Made by a program: the position numbers and the translations under genes
The notes under the pieces: model-generated
What the model saw: the letters and a program-made list of their open reading frames with translations, nothing else
What the model was told of the DNA's origin: nothing
Database searches by the model: none
Source: Coraliomargarita sp.
Lineage (GTDB): Bacteria; Verrucomicrobiota; Verrucomicrobiia; Opitutales; Coraliomargaritaceae
Direction: 5' to 3'
Length of the DNA stretch: 64,000 bases
Assembly (NCBI GenBank): GCA_965216325.1
Contig: OZ244160.1
Coordinates: 128,001 to 192,000 of the forward strand
Shown: positions 15,874 to 26,903 of the stretch, piece after piece
Position numbering within the stretch: position 1 is the first letter of the stretch
How the letters are laid out: each line of letters opens with the position of its first letter

Positions 15874-16992
15874 GTGAAAGTATCCTTTGTGTTGTATGAT
15901 TATTTCCCTTTTGGGGGCTTGCAAGAAGACTGTGTCTTGACGGCACGGGCGATGCAAGCGCGCGGGCACGACGTGGAGATCGTTACGCGCACATGGAAAG
16001 GCACTCCTCCCAAGGAGCTAGACGTTCAACTACTTGGGCGACGTGGTGGCACGAATACGCTGCGTAATGTGAATTTCTTTAAGGATTTAGACGGCTACTT
16101 TGACGCAAATCCGACCGATTGTGTGGTCGCGTTTAACCGCATTCCGAACTGCGATGTTTATTTCTCGGCTGACCCCTGCTATCTGGTAAAGGTTGAGGAT
16201 AAGCCCTTTTGGTATTTTTGGACAGCACGGCATCGGCATTATCGAGATGCTGAAGCTGCAATGTTTGCCAATCCGGATAAGCCAGAGATATACTGTCTCA
16301 CGCAGCGTGAAATTGACACCTATCATGAGCGTTATGGGACGCCGTTGGAGCGCTTTCATCTGCTTCCACCGGGTGTGGCACGTGTGGGGCGCCCGATTGA
16401 AGATAAGGCATCGATTCGAACTGCGTTGAGGTCGGAGCTTGGAGTTGCTGAGGAACAGATTGTGGCGCTATTTGTGGGCTCGGACTATAAACGCAAGGGG
16501 GTGATGCGAAACCTTGAAGCCTTGAAGGCGCTTAAGGATGAAGGCCAAACTGTTGAATTATGGGTATTAGGAGCTGATAAGCCTGACTCCTACGAAGCGT
16601 ATGCGCAGCAGCATGGTCTAGCGGTTCGCTTCTTTGGTGGGCGTTCAGATGTTGCGCGATTCTATGATGCTGCAGACTTCATGCTGCATCCTGCTCATAG
16701 TGAATCTGCGGGGAAGGTGCTTCTAGAGGCGCTCACATACGGTCTCCCGGTAGTCGTCTCCGGTGTGTGTGGCTACTCTAAGGAAGTGGGCGAGGCCGGT
16801 GGAGTTGTGGTGGCTGAGCCCTTTGAGCAATCCGCATTTAATCGAATTGTGTCGCAGCTAGCGAGTGATGCAGATCTACGGGACAAGCTGAGTGCAGCGG
16901 CTTTGGGCTATGCGGATAAAGCCGATATTTACAGCTGCACAGAGCGATTTGCTGAAGCGATCGAGCAAAGCTATGAATCGCTCCAGCAGTAG
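15874..16992 (+). CDS. waaG: LPS core glucosyltransferase, GT4
   Basis: YDYFPFGGLQ N-terminus typical of WaaG, FVGSDYKRKG, HPAHSESAGKVLLEA. Confidence 0.85.
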   Translation: MKVSFVLYDYFPFGGLQEDCVLTARAMQARGHDVEIVTRTWKGTPPKELDVQLLGRRGGTNTLRNVNFFKDLDGYFDANPTDCVVAFNRIPNCDVYFSADPCYLVKVEDKPFWYFWTARHRHYRDAEAAMFANPDKPEIYCLTQREIDTYHERYGTPLERFHLLPPGVARVGRPIEDKASIRTALRSELGVAEEQIVALFVGSDYKRKGVMRNLEALKALKDEGQTVELWVLGADKPDSYEAYAQQHGLAVRFFGGRSDVARFYDAADFMLHPAHSESAGKVLLEALTYGLPVVVSGVCGYSKEVGEAGGVVVAEPFEQSAFNRIVSQLASDADLRDKLSAAALGYADKADIYSCTERFAEAIEQSYESLQQ

Positions 16993-17016
16993 TGCTTGAT
17001 TGAAAGACGCGCTTAC

Positions 17017-18066
17017 TTATGCTGGACGCTCTGAGTCGGTGTAAACGCCTTGCCCAGTTTCTTTGATGAGTCGTTCGTGTTCGGCTAGTTTCAGGTCGGC
17101 GTCCGTCATGATTTTGACGAGCTCTTTGAATTTAACCTTGGGTTCCCAACCAATCTGCTTCTTGAGCTTGCCTGGGTTTCCAATGAGTAGGTCGACTTCT
17201 GCTGGGCGTTCGTAGTTTTTATCGTATTCAACATATTGTTCCCAATCAAGGTCAAGGAGGCCGAAGGTTTCTTTAACGAATTCTTTTACGGTATGTGTTT
17301 CGCCTGTAGCGCAAACGTAGTCGTCGGGTTGATCTTGCTGCAGCATTAGCCACATGACTTCAACATACTCTTTAGCATAGCCCCAGTCGCGTTTTGCATC
17401 GAGGTTGCCCAAGTAGAGCTTCTCCTGTAGGCCCATTTTGATACGTGTAGCTGCGCGAGTTATTTTGCGGGTAACGAAATTCTCACCGCGACGGGGCGAT
17501 TCATGGTTGAAGAGGATGCCACTGCTGGCGTGCATGTTGTAGGACTCTCGATAATTGACCGTTAGCCAATGTGCATAGACCTTTGCGCAGCCGTAGGGCG
17601 AGCGAGGCCAGAAAGGAGTGTTTTCGGTTTGAGGTATTTCTTGAACTTTTCCGAACATTTCGGAGGAGGATGCCTGATAATAACGGACTTTTTTGGACAA
17701 GCCTGCTTCACGAATTGCGTCCAATATCCGGACTGCGCCAAGGGCTGTGACATCACCCGTATATTCAGGGATGTCGAAGGAAATGCGAACGTGACTTTGG
17801 GCTGCGAGATTGTAGATCTCGTCGGGTTGGAGTTCGTAGAGGAGTTTGATCAGTCGTGTCGAATCGGCCATGTCTCCATAGTGGAGGTAGATATTCGGCC
17901 TTTCTTTGCTGAAGTGAGGATCGCTATACAAGTGGTCAATGCGACTGGTGTTAAATGTTGATCCGCGCCGAACAATGCCGTGAACCTCATAGCCTTTGTC
18001 TAATAGTAGTTCAGCGAGGTAAGAGCCGTCTTGTCCTGTGATCCCCGTGATTAGTGCTTTTTTCAT
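17017..18066 (-). CDS. gmd: GDP-mannose 4,6-dehydratase
   Basis: [45 protein letters not shown]. Confidence 0.98.
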   Translation of the reverse strand: MKKALITGITGQDGSYLAELLLDKGYEVHGIVRRGSTFNTSRIDHLYSDPHFSKERPNIYLHYGDMADSTRLIKLLYELQPDEIYNLAAQSHVRISFDIPEYTGDVTALGAVRILDAIREAGLSKKVRYYQASSSEMFGKVQEIPQTENTPFWPRSPYGCAKVYAHWLTVNYRESYNMHASSGILFNHESPRRGENFVTRKITRAATRIKMGLQEKLYLGNLDAKRDWGYAKEYVEVMWLMLQQDQPDDYVCATGETHTVKEFVKETFGLLDLDWEQYVEYDKNYERPAEVDLLIGNPGKLKKQIGWEPKVKFKELVKIMTDADLKLAEHERLIKETGQGVYTDSERPA

Positions 18067-18130
18067 GTGCTGTAGATTTTGTGTTACTCTGGCTTCTTGC
18101 GGTATCCTGCTTATTCGATGCAGTTCTAGA

Positions 18131-19294
18131 TTAGAGTTGGCTAGTTGATTGAGCCACCTCGAGGAACTTGTCGCAGACGTAATTCACGCCCGTTTCGGTT
18201 AAATTGTGGTGGTTTGGCAGATACATTCCATAGTCGTGAACGTGATTTGCCACCGGAAGTTGACTCTCCCCATATCGCTGAGTCCAGAACGGATGGCGAC
18301 CAATGTTTCCGCAGATGAGTGGACGGGATTCGATGCCGTTTTCGCGAAGGTGCTCGTATACTTCCATGCGGTTGTTGACGAGTGTGCCGTAGGCGAACGA
18401 AGAGATGACCTGAGTGTTGCTGGTCTGGCAGAAGAAGTCGCCGAGTCGCTCTTTGTAGAGCTGGAAGTTTCGCTCTCTGGTTTGAGTGATTTCTGGGATT
18501 TTGTCGACTTGGCCGCACCCTATGAAAGCTTGCAAGTCGGTTGAGCGAAGGTTGAAGCCAGGGTGGTAGAATGTGTATAGGTTTCTGAACTCATCTACTT
18601 TGTGCGCCGCGGTTAGTCGATCGCGCTCTTCTGTAGGCAGATCTCTTGACCAACCATGGGAGCGCAAGGAAAGCATTACGTGATATAGGTCGCGATTGTT
18701 AGTCGTTACCATCCCACCCTCAATTGTAGAAATGTGGTGGCCATAGTAGAATGAGAACGATGCTGCTTCGGATAAGTTACCTAGCTTTCTGCCCAACGCC
18801 TCGCTTCCGAGTGCCTCGCAGGCGTCTTCAATCAGTATAACATCGTATTTATCGCAAAGTGCTTGTATCTCCTGCATCTGATTTGCATGACCCAAAACGT
18901 GCACAAGGATCGCGAAGGCAGGTTCTTCTTCTTTGCAGAGCCTTTCAAACTCAGCCAAGTCTAGTCCCAAATCATTGCGATCACATTCACAGAGGGAGAT
19001 TTCAAAACCAAGCTGGATGAGTGGAGAGACGGTAGTAACCCATGATACCGCAGGGGCAATAACCTTATTGTTCTTCAGCAGTCCTGCTTCCTTAAGGCCG
19101 TAAATCATCATTAAATTCGCCGACGAGCCACTATTTGTATAGATCGCGTAATCGGTCCCGATGTAGTCTTTGAAACGGTTTTCGAATTTGATGGTTTCTT
19201 CTGCTTTTGTTAAGCGGTTGCCTGCTTGGATCCAAGTGCAGAGATTGTTGAGCTCGGCTTGCGAGATTGTATCCTCGGCGAGTGTAATTTTCAT
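18131..19294 (-). CDS. DegT/DnrJ-fold PLP enzyme, ColD-like GDP-4-keto-6-deoxymannose 3-dehydratase
   Basis: [30 protein letters not shown] (His at the catalytic Lys position), LRSHGW. Confidence 0.8.
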   Translation of the reverse strand: MKITLAEDTISQAELNNLCTWIQAGNRLTKAEETIKFENRFKDYIGTDYAIYTNSGSSANLMMIYGLKEAGLLKNNKVIAPAVSWVTTVSPLIQLGFEISLCECDRNDLGLDLAEFERLCKEEEPAFAILVHVLGHANQMQEIQALCDKYDVILIEDACEALGSEALGRKLGNLSEAASFSFYYGHHISTIEGGMVTTNNRDLYHVMLSLRSHGWSRDLPTEERDRLTAAHKVDEFRNLYTFYHPGFNLRSTDLQAFIGCGQVDKIPEITQTRERNFQLYKERLGDFFCQTSNTQVISSFAYGTLVNNRMEVYEHLRENGIESRPLICGNIGRHPFWTQRYGESQLPVANHVHDYGMYLPNHHNLTETGVNYVCDKFLEVAQSTSQL

Positions 19295-19321
19295 CGTATG
19301 GAATAAAGTTAAGTCGTTTTG

Positions 19322-20104
19322 TTATTTAAAAAATCTGGATAGACGCCGTTTGCGTTGTATCCATTTCAGATCTTTGTAGTAGGCTTTGACGTCCTGATAC
19401 GCTGCTTTTATTTTTGCACGCTTTTCGTTGTCTGCGCGTGCACTCATCGTAATTGAGTCAGCATGGGCTCGGAAGCAGGTGAGGGGCTCTTTGATATAGC
19501 CATATCTGGGATAGCGTAGGAGGCAAAGCAATGTGGCAAAGGCGTCGGGCCCAACTCCGTGATAATGTGCGTTGCCGAGCGGGAGATTTCCTTGGTAGAT
19601 CGCATCGATGAGGTCCTGCTTTCGATAAAGGGCTGCGCCGGGTGAGATCAGGCGCTTGAGGACATACTTTTCAATCATCTTGGTCGGGAAAATTCCGGAT
19701 TCTTGGTTTACACTGTTGAATGCGAGTTCGGATTCGCCGGTATCAGTGTTGACGACTCTAGCGGTGCTAAACGCAAAGCCAACATCCGGCTCCATTAGCT
19801 GAACCAGCTCTTCAATATAGCTTGGTTCCAGCCAGTCGTCGTCGTATTGCAGGTGAACGTAGTCACCCTGCGCCCGAATAACTCCGTCTAGCCAGCAAAA
19901 GTGGGGCCCGAAGTCGGTCTCGGATTTTATGTAGCGGATGCGATTACCGTAGCTCGCAACGACATCGTCAGTTGTATCTGTGCTGCCATGGTTGACTACA
20001 ATGATCTCGCAATCGTATGTTTGTGCTAAGCAGCTATCAATCGCTTCAGAGAGAATGTCTGCACGATTGAATGTCGGTATGACTATGGTAACGGATGCTG
20101 TCAT
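19322..20104 (-). CDS. Glycosyltransferase family 2
   Basis: VTIVIPTFNR, GSTD, YDDD. Confidence 0.92.
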   Translation of the reverse strand: MTASVTIVIPTFNRADILSEAIDSCLAQTYDCEIIVVNHGSTDTTDDVVASYGNRIRYIKSETDFGPHFCWLDGVIRAQGDYVHLQYDDDWLEPSYIEELVQLMEPDVGFAFSTARVVNTDTGESELAFNSVNQESGIFPTKMIEKYVLKRLISPGAALYRKQDLIDAIYQGNLPLGNAHYHGVGPDAFATLLCLLRYPRYGYIKEPLTCFRAHADSITMSARADNEKRAKIKAAYQDVKAYYKDLKWIQRKRRLSRFFK

Positions 20105-20886
20105 TGCTTGGGTAAAGAGTTATACTTTTCGACGTCTGCTATTAGGTGATTTGGTTGGCCTTTTGCTACGATGTCTAGTTGCACTGAGCTAAGGTTTTGA
20201 ACGAAATCTTTGATCTGAGTTCCTATGCCACTGCCAATATTGTAGATGCCCTCGGCGCCATTACTGATTAGATTAGCACATTTTTGGGCAATATTTTCAG
20301 CTGAACAGATGTCTCTTGAACTGTGTGCACCATATAGTTCAAAGGGCTGCCTTAGGTCTTCATTTTCGAGGCGAGCTTTGATTGATGGGTATAAGAATGG
20401 AGGCTGTTGTCGTTCATCGTAGAAGCTGAAGATACGACCTGCTGTGTATGGTATGCCTGCTGACTGGCAAATGTCCTGTGCTATTTGCTCAGCATGCAGC
20501 TTTGTGCGCCCATACAAGCTCGACGCGCCTAGGGGATCGGATTCCTTGATGGGGGTATCTTGGGGCGTGTATACATGGCTGCTGGATGCATAAAAGAAGT
20601 GAGGCTGTTTTTTTTGCTCAAGCAATGCGTTCAGAAGGTTAATTGTGCCGCATACGTTGACTGCATAGGCTTGTGCGGGAGCAGCCTCGACATCCTTAAC
20701 CGGGACCATTGCTGCGAAATGTGCAACTGTGTCGAATCTCCTGGCCGCGCATTGTTTGAGCACATTTTCCTGGTCCAGTAGGTTGCCTTTGAAGCAAGCC
20801 ACTGAGTGGCCCTGCTCTTGGAGGCAATTCAATACGTGGGAGCCTAAGACTCCAGTCGAGCCAGTGAGTAGAATCGATTTAGGCAT
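20101..20886 (-). CDS. NAD-dependent epimerase/reductase (extended SDR)
   Basis: TGSTGVLG, YASSSHVY, YGRTK. Confidence 0.9.
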   Translation of the reverse strand: MPKSILLTGSTGVLGSHVLNCLQEQGHSVACFKGNLLDQENVLKQCAARRFDTVAHFAAMVPVKDVEAAPAQAYAVNVCGTINLLNALLEQKKQPHFFYASSSHVYTPQDTPIKESDPLGASSLYGRTKLHAEQIAQDICQSAGIPYTAGRIFSFYDERQQPPFLYPSIKARLENEDLRQPFELYGAHSSRDICSAENIAQKCANLISNGAEGIYNIGSGIGTQIKDFVQNLSSVQLDIVAKGQPNHLIADVEKYNSLPKQ

Positions 20887-20887
20887 T

Positions 20888-21877
20888 TTAAGAAAGGTTG
20901 ATGAGTCGGGGTTCGTTGGGAGCGCTCTGCCTTTTGGGGCGAGGTAGTTCTCTCTTGTGAGCTAAGTTTAATCTACTATAGACTTGATGTATTACGTGCT
21001 GGTATTTTCTGCGGCGGTAAAGACAGTTTTTGAGTTGGAGATTGCTGTAGTTGGTATCAACTGACGTCGATGGCGCACCTTTAATTTGCGGGGGAAGCTT
21101 GTCGTGTGGGATATTTGCTTGCAGGCTATGGGTATTGGCCGTGAGGGTGGAGTCTTCTCCGAAGCCAATGTTGCTAATCAGATTAAATGTCGGAGATATA
21201 CAGTGCCCTTTGATATTGAAGGTGTGGCATACATACGGGTAGTCCCATGTGCTGGTCTCGCCCTTGTATGCTTTTTCCATGCGCTTTATTAATCTTCCCA
21301 GTGGCTTCGAATTAGATGGGGCATGGAGTTTCAGTTGTTCTTTTATCTTCGGCCAATCCGACATGCTTAAGTCAAATGTCTGCCAGGTGTTTCTCCAAGT
21401 CGCCCAGCCCCAAATTATCGGTAAGTTGCTGACGTAGTAGCTGACCTTGGGATTGGTGGGGCGGACGAAGGCAGTTCCGCTTATATGTGTGATTGTCGGA
21501 TCTGAAGCATAACGATCACGTATAGTGTCTATGAAACGGAAGAAATCATTTGATGGGTAGCAGTCATCTTCGAGGATGATTGCAAATTCATATTTCTTGA
21601 AAGCGTTTGATATCCCGCTGTAAATACGCTGGCGACAGCCTAAGTTGCTTTCGGCGTAGTCCAGTGTGATTTCGCAGTCCCAAGTGACGTTCTCTGCGAT
21701 TTGACGCGCGGCTTTGCAGAGTTCTGCTTCGCCATCTTTGTCGGGGCGTGGTGCATCGGCTACAATGTATAGGGCCGGGGGGCGAGCTTGAGCAATCTGT
21801 TCAAATACGCGCCGAGTCGTGGTTGGGCGGTTGAAAATACAAAATACAACCGGACTGTCTGTTTGGTAAGTGCCCAT
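20888..21877 (-). CDS. Nucleotide-diphospho-sugar transferase (HlpA-like GT-A)
   Basis: IFNRP, NLGC, IILEDDC, WGWATWR, NLISNIGFG. Confidence 0.85.
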   Translation of the reverse strand: MGTYQTDSPVVFCIFNRPTTTRRVFEQIAQARPPALYIVADAPRPDKDGEAELCKAARQIAENVTWDCEITLDYAESNLGCRQRIYSGISNAFKKYEFAIILEDDCYPSNDFFRFIDTIRDRYASDPTITHISGTAFVRPTNPKVSYYVSNLPIIWGWATWRNTWQTFDLSMSDWPKIKEQLKLHAPSNSKPLGRLIKRMEKAYKGETSTWDYPYVCHTFNIKGHCISPTFNLISNIGFGEDSTLTANTHSLQANIPHDKLPPQIKGAPSTSVDTNYSNLQLKNCLYRRRKYQHVIHQVYSRLNLAHKRELPRPKRQSAPNEPRLINLS

Positions 21878-21915
21878 TGAAACCTATTTTCTGACTAGAA
21901 GACGACCTCTGACTC

Positions 21916-22635
21916 TTATTTCAATCTGTAGCCAAGCAGGTCGAAGTCATCTCGATATCTGCTATAGATGCGTTGAAGGGTTGTTTCTGTGAGGGCAGTC
22001 TCTGATTGTGGTCGCTCCTTAGATTTATTTTTATGTGGAAGCTCAGGGAGTCCAAATCTTGTCTGCAGCAGTTTCCAGTCGTCGCTCAGCGTTTCGAATT
22101 TACCAATGAAGTTGCACACGGATTTGCCATCGACGTGGGTTAGTGTGTGTTGAGATTTGAAGTGTCGATCTGCAAATTTGTCGGGAACCTCGCAGATTAT
22201 TTTGACGAAGTCCTCGAAGCTGGTTTCACGCGTTATTCCGTAAATTTTGAAGCGGTCTTTATCTTTCGCATCGGCAGCGTCGAGCAGACGGTTCGTGTAA
22301 CACGATTGAATACGAGCAACAGGATGTCTCACGAAAGTGAATACGAAGTGATCCGGGCAGACTTTACGTATTTCGTGCGTATAATTGAAACGCTTGGTCG
22401 CATTATCTTTTTCTTCTACCAGAGTGTGTGTGATACTATCGTAGCCATTTATGGTCTGGCCTGTTTCGTCCTCAATCAAGTAGCGCGTGAGGGCCTCGCG
22501 GATTGAGCGCGTGCACACCTTGTAATTCTGAATGTAGCAGATCTTTTGCTCTGAAAGGTCCCATAGGTGTAGCCGTTTTTTGCTGAGTTTTGCAAGTTTC
22601 CGTTTGCGCTGTAAGGACTCAATGATGCTTCTCAT
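21916..22635 (-). CDS. Sulfotransferase family 2 protein
   Basis: YKVCTRSI (5'-PSB), FTFVRHPVARIQSCY (3'-PB), DRHFKSQ, FIGKFE. Confidence 0.85.
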   Translation of the reverse strand: MRSIIESLQRKRKLAKLSKKRLHLWDLSEQKICYIQNYKVCTRSIREALTRYLIEDETGQTINGYDSITHTLVEEKDNATKRFNYTHEIRKVCPDHFVFTFVRHPVARIQSCYTNRLLDAADAKDKDRFKIYGITRETSFEDFVKIICEVPDKFADRHFKSQHTLTHVDGKSVCNFIGKFETLSDDWKLLQTRFGLPELPHKNKSKERPQSETALTETTLQRIYSRYRDDFDLLGYRLK

Positions 22636-22643
22636 CTGGGTTT

Positions 22644-24383
22644 CTAAAATTCAGGTGCGGTGGTTTTCTTAACGAGCACATTCTCCATAATAAGAAACTG
22701 AAGGTCGGAGCCGTAGAGCATGTTGAGGGCGTCGGTGGGGGAGCAGACCATGGGCTCACCGCGGCGATTCAATGAGGTGTTCAGGCAGACGCCGTGGCCA
22801 CGCAGGCGCTCCAGTTCTTTGATGAGGTCGTAATAGGGCTTGTTGGTGTCTTCGGTGACGATCTGAGCGCGGGCGGTGCCATCCTCATGCACGACTTCGG
22901 GTACACGGTCTTTCCAGTGCTCAGCCATGTCGAAGGTGAAGGTCATATACGGTGCCGGGTGGTCGGACTGGAGTAGGTCTTCGGCGACGGTGTCTAGCAT
23001 ACTGGGGCAGAACGGACGCCAGCGCTCGCGGTATTTAATCTGCTCGTTAATGCGGTCCGCCACGCCCGGGTAGCTTGGGTCTCCGAGGATACTACGGTTA
23101 CCGAGGGCGCGTGGGCCAAACTCCATGCGGCCTTGGAACCATGACAGTGGGTTGCCGGCGGCGAGAATTTGTGCACCGGTGATCGATGGCTGTTCTAGAA
23201 TTTCCCAAGTCGGCTTTTCCGGGTGGTTCTTACAGGCTTCGATGCAGTCATCCGTGCTATAAGCTGGGCCGAGGTAGGCGTGCTTTTGGGCCTGAATGGT
23301 GTCACCTGCTAGATGCGCGGCATAGGAGGCTGCGCCGATGGCAGTGCCGGAGTCGCTCGCTGCCGGTTGAACGAAGAGCTCGTTCACGTAAGGCAGGGCC
23401 ATGAGGCGCTGGTTGAGCTTTACGTTGAGCGCCACGCCACCCGCGAAAGCGAGCTTGCCGGTTTCTTCGAGAATATCCTTCAGGTAGTAGTCGACCAAGT
23501 GCAGTGCGACGTCTTCGAGCAGTTGCTGCATCGAAGCGGCGTAGTCGATGTAGGGATCGTCGATCTCGTCGCCTTGGCGCTTGGGTCCAAGCCAGTCGAT
23601 CAGTTCCGGACTGAAGTAGTAGCCCTTGCCGTTTTCCTTGTAGCGGCGGTTGCCGATGACGTTCACGAGCTTGGTGTTTACCTTGAAGTCGCCGTTGCCG
23701 TATTGGATCAGGCGGGAGAAATCGTATTTCTTCGGATCTCCATAGGGCGCCATGCCCATGACTTTGAATTCGCCGTCGAGCATCTCGAATCCGAGGAACT
23801 CGGTGAGCGCGCCGTAAACGCCGCCGAGTGAGTCGGGGTCGTAGAATTCTTTGATCTTATGGATCTTACCGTTTTCGGCGTAGCCGAAGAACGTGGTGGC
23901 GTATTCGCCTTTGCCGTCGATGCCGAGGATGGCGGTCTTTTCTTTGAAGCCGCTCAAGTGGTAGGCACTACTGGCGTGTGCCATGTGGTGCTCGACTGGC
24001 TGAAACTTGGTCTTCGTCATGTCGAAGCCGAGATCGTTCAGCATGGCGAGGGCGTGCTTCTTATTGCGTTTGAAGCGGCGGTTGCCGTTGAACAGGGCGG
24101 TGAGCACGCGGTCTGGGGCATACCAGTAGCGTTTGGCAAAGTGCCAGCGGTCGGGGCGGCTTAGGGAGATCGGAGCAAAGGGGTAGGCAACGATGTCGAT
24201 GTCTTCCGGCTTGAGGCCTGCTTGTTCGAGGCAAAATTTGGTCGCTTCGTGGCCTGCTTTGCCTTTGGCGTGCTTGTCGCGGATAAAGCGTTCTTCCTCT
24301 GCGGCAGCGATGAGCTCGCCATCGACAAAGATTGCGGTTGCAGGGTCGTGCCCCACGGCACCTCCGAGTCCTAGAATATTCAT
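22644..24383 (-). CDS. O-carbamoyltransferase, NodU/CmcH family
   Basis: HDPA, EEERFIRDKH, EHHMAHA, KVMGMAPYG, EFGPRALGNRS, LNTSLN. Confidence 0.96.
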   Translation of the reverse strand: MNILGLGGAVGHDPATAIFVDGELIAAAEEERFIRDKHAKGKAGHEATKFCLEQAGLKPEDIDIVAYPFAPISLSRPDRWHFAKRYWYAPDRVLTALFNGNRRFKRNKKHALAMLNDLGFDMTKTKFQPVEHHMAHASSAYHLSGFKEKTAILGIDGKGEYATTFFGYAENGKIHKIKEFYDPDSLGGVYGALTEFLGFEMLDGEFKVMGMAPYGDPKKYDFSRLIQYGNGDFKVNTKLVNVIGNRRYKENGKGYYFSPELIDWLGPKRQGDEIDDPYIDYAASMQQLLEDVALHLVDYYLKDILEETGKLAFAGGVALNVKLNQRLMALPYVNELFVQPAASDSGTAIGAASYAAHLAGDTIQAQKHAYLGPAYSTDDCIEACKNHPEKPTWEILEQPSITGAQILAAGNPLSWFQGRMEFGPRALGNRSILGDPSYPGVADRINEQIKYRERWRPFCPSMLDTVAEDLLQSDHPAPYMTFTFDMAEHWKDRVPEVVHEDGTARAQIVTEDTNKPYYDLIKELERLRGHGVCLNTSLNRRGEPMVCSPTDALNMLYGSDLQFLIMENVLVKKTTAPEF

Positions 24384-24558
24384 ATACTGCGTAGGTTGGT
24401 GGCTTGCGGGCTAAGGGCAAGTTTTCAAATTTGGGGACGAATTAAAACGTTTGCCGTAGATGCTCCACTTGTGGATGCATCCTTTCGAATCGGTGCATCC
24501 TCAAAGGGTTTGGCATGGCAGTGACGCACAAGTGAGCACGCTACGATCGCTCTGCCTC

Positions 24559-25347
24559 TTACATTTTCGGCGCGCCGCGCATTTTGCGGATGAGTTTCTG
24601 CTGCTCGTTGCTGAAGGTGTCTGTCTCAAAATACGCTTTCAAATAGTGGAGTTTGTCGGCATCGCTGAGTTCAGGTGTGTGACGTAGGAAATGAGAGCTG
24701 TCTTTGACGGTGCGACGGCCGAGGCCGATGCGTTTACGGGTCTTTTCGAGGTCGATGACGCGCACATCGAAGCCATTGTCGCTGCGTGGGCGGACAAATA
24801 TGTGTTTGGCAGAAAAGCACATGTGGATCCAGCCGGCTTGGTTGATGCGGCGCGAAGTTGCAGCAATGGCACTGAGTGCTTGGTGCAGAGTCGCTTGGTC
24901 CGGCTTGGGTAGCTTGGCTTTGCCGTCTTGCCAGTCGCGCAGCAGGTGCCAGCCATCGAGCGCTTCGGTGACTAGTATCGAGCCTTTGTTGCCGTCCTTC
25001 GTCCACTTTGCGAACATCAATACTTCGGGGATCTCCGGGCAGGCTGGCCGGAGCGCAGTCATTGCCGCGTATTCGCGCTCGAAGGTCAGGCGTTTTCGAA
25101 AGCCGGTATTGGGCGCGATGTAGAAGTGATTTTGCTGGATTTTGAGGAAGACTGCTTTCTGCTCTGGTTGTGGGGCATCCGGGTTCAGCACGATGCGAGT
25201 AACGCCACTCCAGCCTCCACGGCGCTTGTTGGGGGTCTCAAACCAGTCGAACTCACGCTCAGTCACTGCTTCAATGTTGAGTAGCCCGGCGGCTTCGAGG
25301 GCGTTGCGCCAGTCTTTGGCTACTTCGAGTTGTTTAGTTTGAAACAT
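24559..25347 (-). CDS. LPS kinase, InaA family
   Basis: PNKRRGGWSGV (InaA-like), VFLK, VIDLEK. Confidence 0.82.
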   Translation of the reverse strand: MFQTKQLEVAKDWRNALEAAGLLNIEAVTEREFDWFETPNKRRGGWSGVTRIVLNPDAPQPEQKAVFLKIQQNHFYIAPNTGFRKRLTFEREYAAMTALRPACPEIPEVLMFAKWTKDGNKGSILVTEALDGWHLLRDWQDGKAKLPKPDQATLHQALSAIAATSRRINQAGWIHMCFSAKHIFVRPRSDNGFDVRVIDLEKTRKRIGLGRRTVKDSSHFLRHTPELSDADKLHYLKAYFETDTFSNEQQKLIRKMRGAPKM

Positions 25348-26032
25348 TTTTCTTTTGCTTGGGATTCAGGCAGGCGCGGCCAAAGGCATCGCGTAGTGTT
25401 GCTTGGCTATTCGCTGAGACGCCGCTGGCATGCAGGTATGTGTTGATAAAACTCTCGGGGAATTCGCCGGCGAGCAAGTCAATGTCCTGTTGGTAGCGGG
25501 TGATGTGTTCGAAGTTTCGACAGCGCTCCTGCAGGGTGAGTGCACGTTTACGCCGAAAGTGCATGTCAGCGACGTCGATGAGCCCAAGTGCACCATTTTC
25601 AAGGACAAGCACGTTTCCGAGGTGTAAGGATCTGAAGTGGACGCCTTTGTCGTGCAGTTCAGCTACAAATTGACCATAGGTCTGCAGCAATGCTTGCTTC
25701 GTCTCGGGCTTGGCTTCTGCGAGTGAGTGGCGCAAGCTAGTGCCCGGAAGTGCGGGATAGAGAATGGCATGTCGGTCCAGGCTCGGAATATTGAAGACGG
25801 ATTCGACTTCGATCGTGGGAATACCCAGCGCACGGAGCTTGTCGGCGTTTATCTTGAAACGCAGTCCGTAGGGCAGCCACAGTTGTGAAGAAAAGAGGCT
25901 TTTACGGCGAAAGAGTTTCACGATGCGGCCATCGCTTAATTGAGCGACTTTTAAAAGCCCAAACTCGCTCTCGAGTATGGTGGCGCCTGCGACTAGGGCT
26001 TCGAATTGAGCTTTGGTTTTACTGGGCAGCAT
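25334..26032 (-). CDS. LPS kinase-like protein (toluene-tolerance/PA4998-like)
   Basis: KLFRRKSLFSS, LHDKGVHFRSLHLGNV, LIDVADM; start at MLPSK (26032). Confidence 0.78.
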   Translation of the reverse strand: MLPSKTKAQFEALVAGATILESEFGLLKVAQLSDGRIVKLFRRKSLFSSQLWLPYGLRFKINADKLRALGIPTIEVESVFNIPSLDRHAILYPALPGTSLRHSLAEAKPETKQALLQTYGQFVAELHDKGVHFRSLHLGNVLVLENGALGLIDVADMHFRRKRALTLQERCRNFEHITRYQQDIDLLAGEFPESFINTYLHASGVSANSQATLRDAFGRACLNPKQKKNVSN

Positions 26033-26837
26033 GGGCTCTTTTCTGGCGTTGTTCGTCGTCTTTCGGGTCGAAGCGCTGCTTACGAAACTGGCTGACTGCG
26101 TGGGCAAACTGAGTCACTTGCTCGCTGGATTCCGGCAAGTTTAGATAATGTGCGACGAAGCGACGTCGTTCCTCCTCCGTGCACGCGAAGCGAGCGATCT
26201 TGTCCAGCGTTGCACAGTCCTTGAGTTTTCCGTGTTCCTGTGGCCAGGGGGGGCGGTGGAAATCGCCCTTGGGGCAATCGATCCAGAAGGTTTCCACCTG
26301 ATCGCCGTTGAGGCGCGCCAGTAAGTTGCGCCACTTCAGGTCTTTGTGGAAGAAACTGTATGCGTGAATCCGTGCGGTGGCTTGGCCGAGTTGTTGGATG
26401 AGTTGATCGCGACGCGTGCAATACTCTGCTCGACTACGGTCCGGGCAGTGTTGCTTGACGAACTCGTCGAGCGTTTGGGTATTGGGCACCGCTTCGGTAA
26501 TGATAAATTCGTCGACCAGTTTGCCGAAGCGGTTCTTACGCTCGCCCCAGGCCACGACCCGTGCCGCGGGAATCCCGCTTTGCTGGAAGAAGATCAAGTT
26601 ACGCGCCTCAGTCCGGCTACGCCCAGGGCGCCAGAGGCGCTCGAGTAGGTGCTGGCGGTAGGTGTAGACTTTAACGAAGACGGGGATTTCGTTACCCTGT
26701 GTGTCGGTGTAACTACGCTCGAATACTGCAGACCGTTGGTTGATCGCCGATGCGTCGACATCGAGTTCAGTCAAGACGGAGACGTCCTTGCGGACGGCTT
26801 CGGTGGCTTGATGGAGTGCTCGTATATCTGGCTGCAT
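26019..26837 (-). CDS. LPS kinase (Kdo/WaaP family)
   Basis: VFVKVY, HKDLKWRNLL, WIDCPKG. Confidence 0.85.
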   Translation of the reverse strand: MQPDIRALHQATEAVRKDVSVLTELDVDASAINQRSAVFERSYTDTQGNEIPVFVKVYTYRQHLLERLWRPGRSRTEARNLIFFQQSGIPAARVVAWGERKNRFGKLVDEFIITEAVPNTQTLDEFVKQHCPDRSRAEYCTRRDQLIQQLGQATARIHAYSFFHKDLKWRNLLARLNGDQVETFWIDCPKGDFHRPPWPQEHGKLKDCATLDKIARFACTEEERRRFVAHYLNLPESSEQVTQFAHAVSQFRKQRFDPKDDEQRQKRAHAAQ

Positions 26838-26903
26838 GTTACAAGTAGATCACTGTATCCTACGTTCTGCCCTGCAGAACAAGCCATAAAGAATTCTGGA
26901 CGG

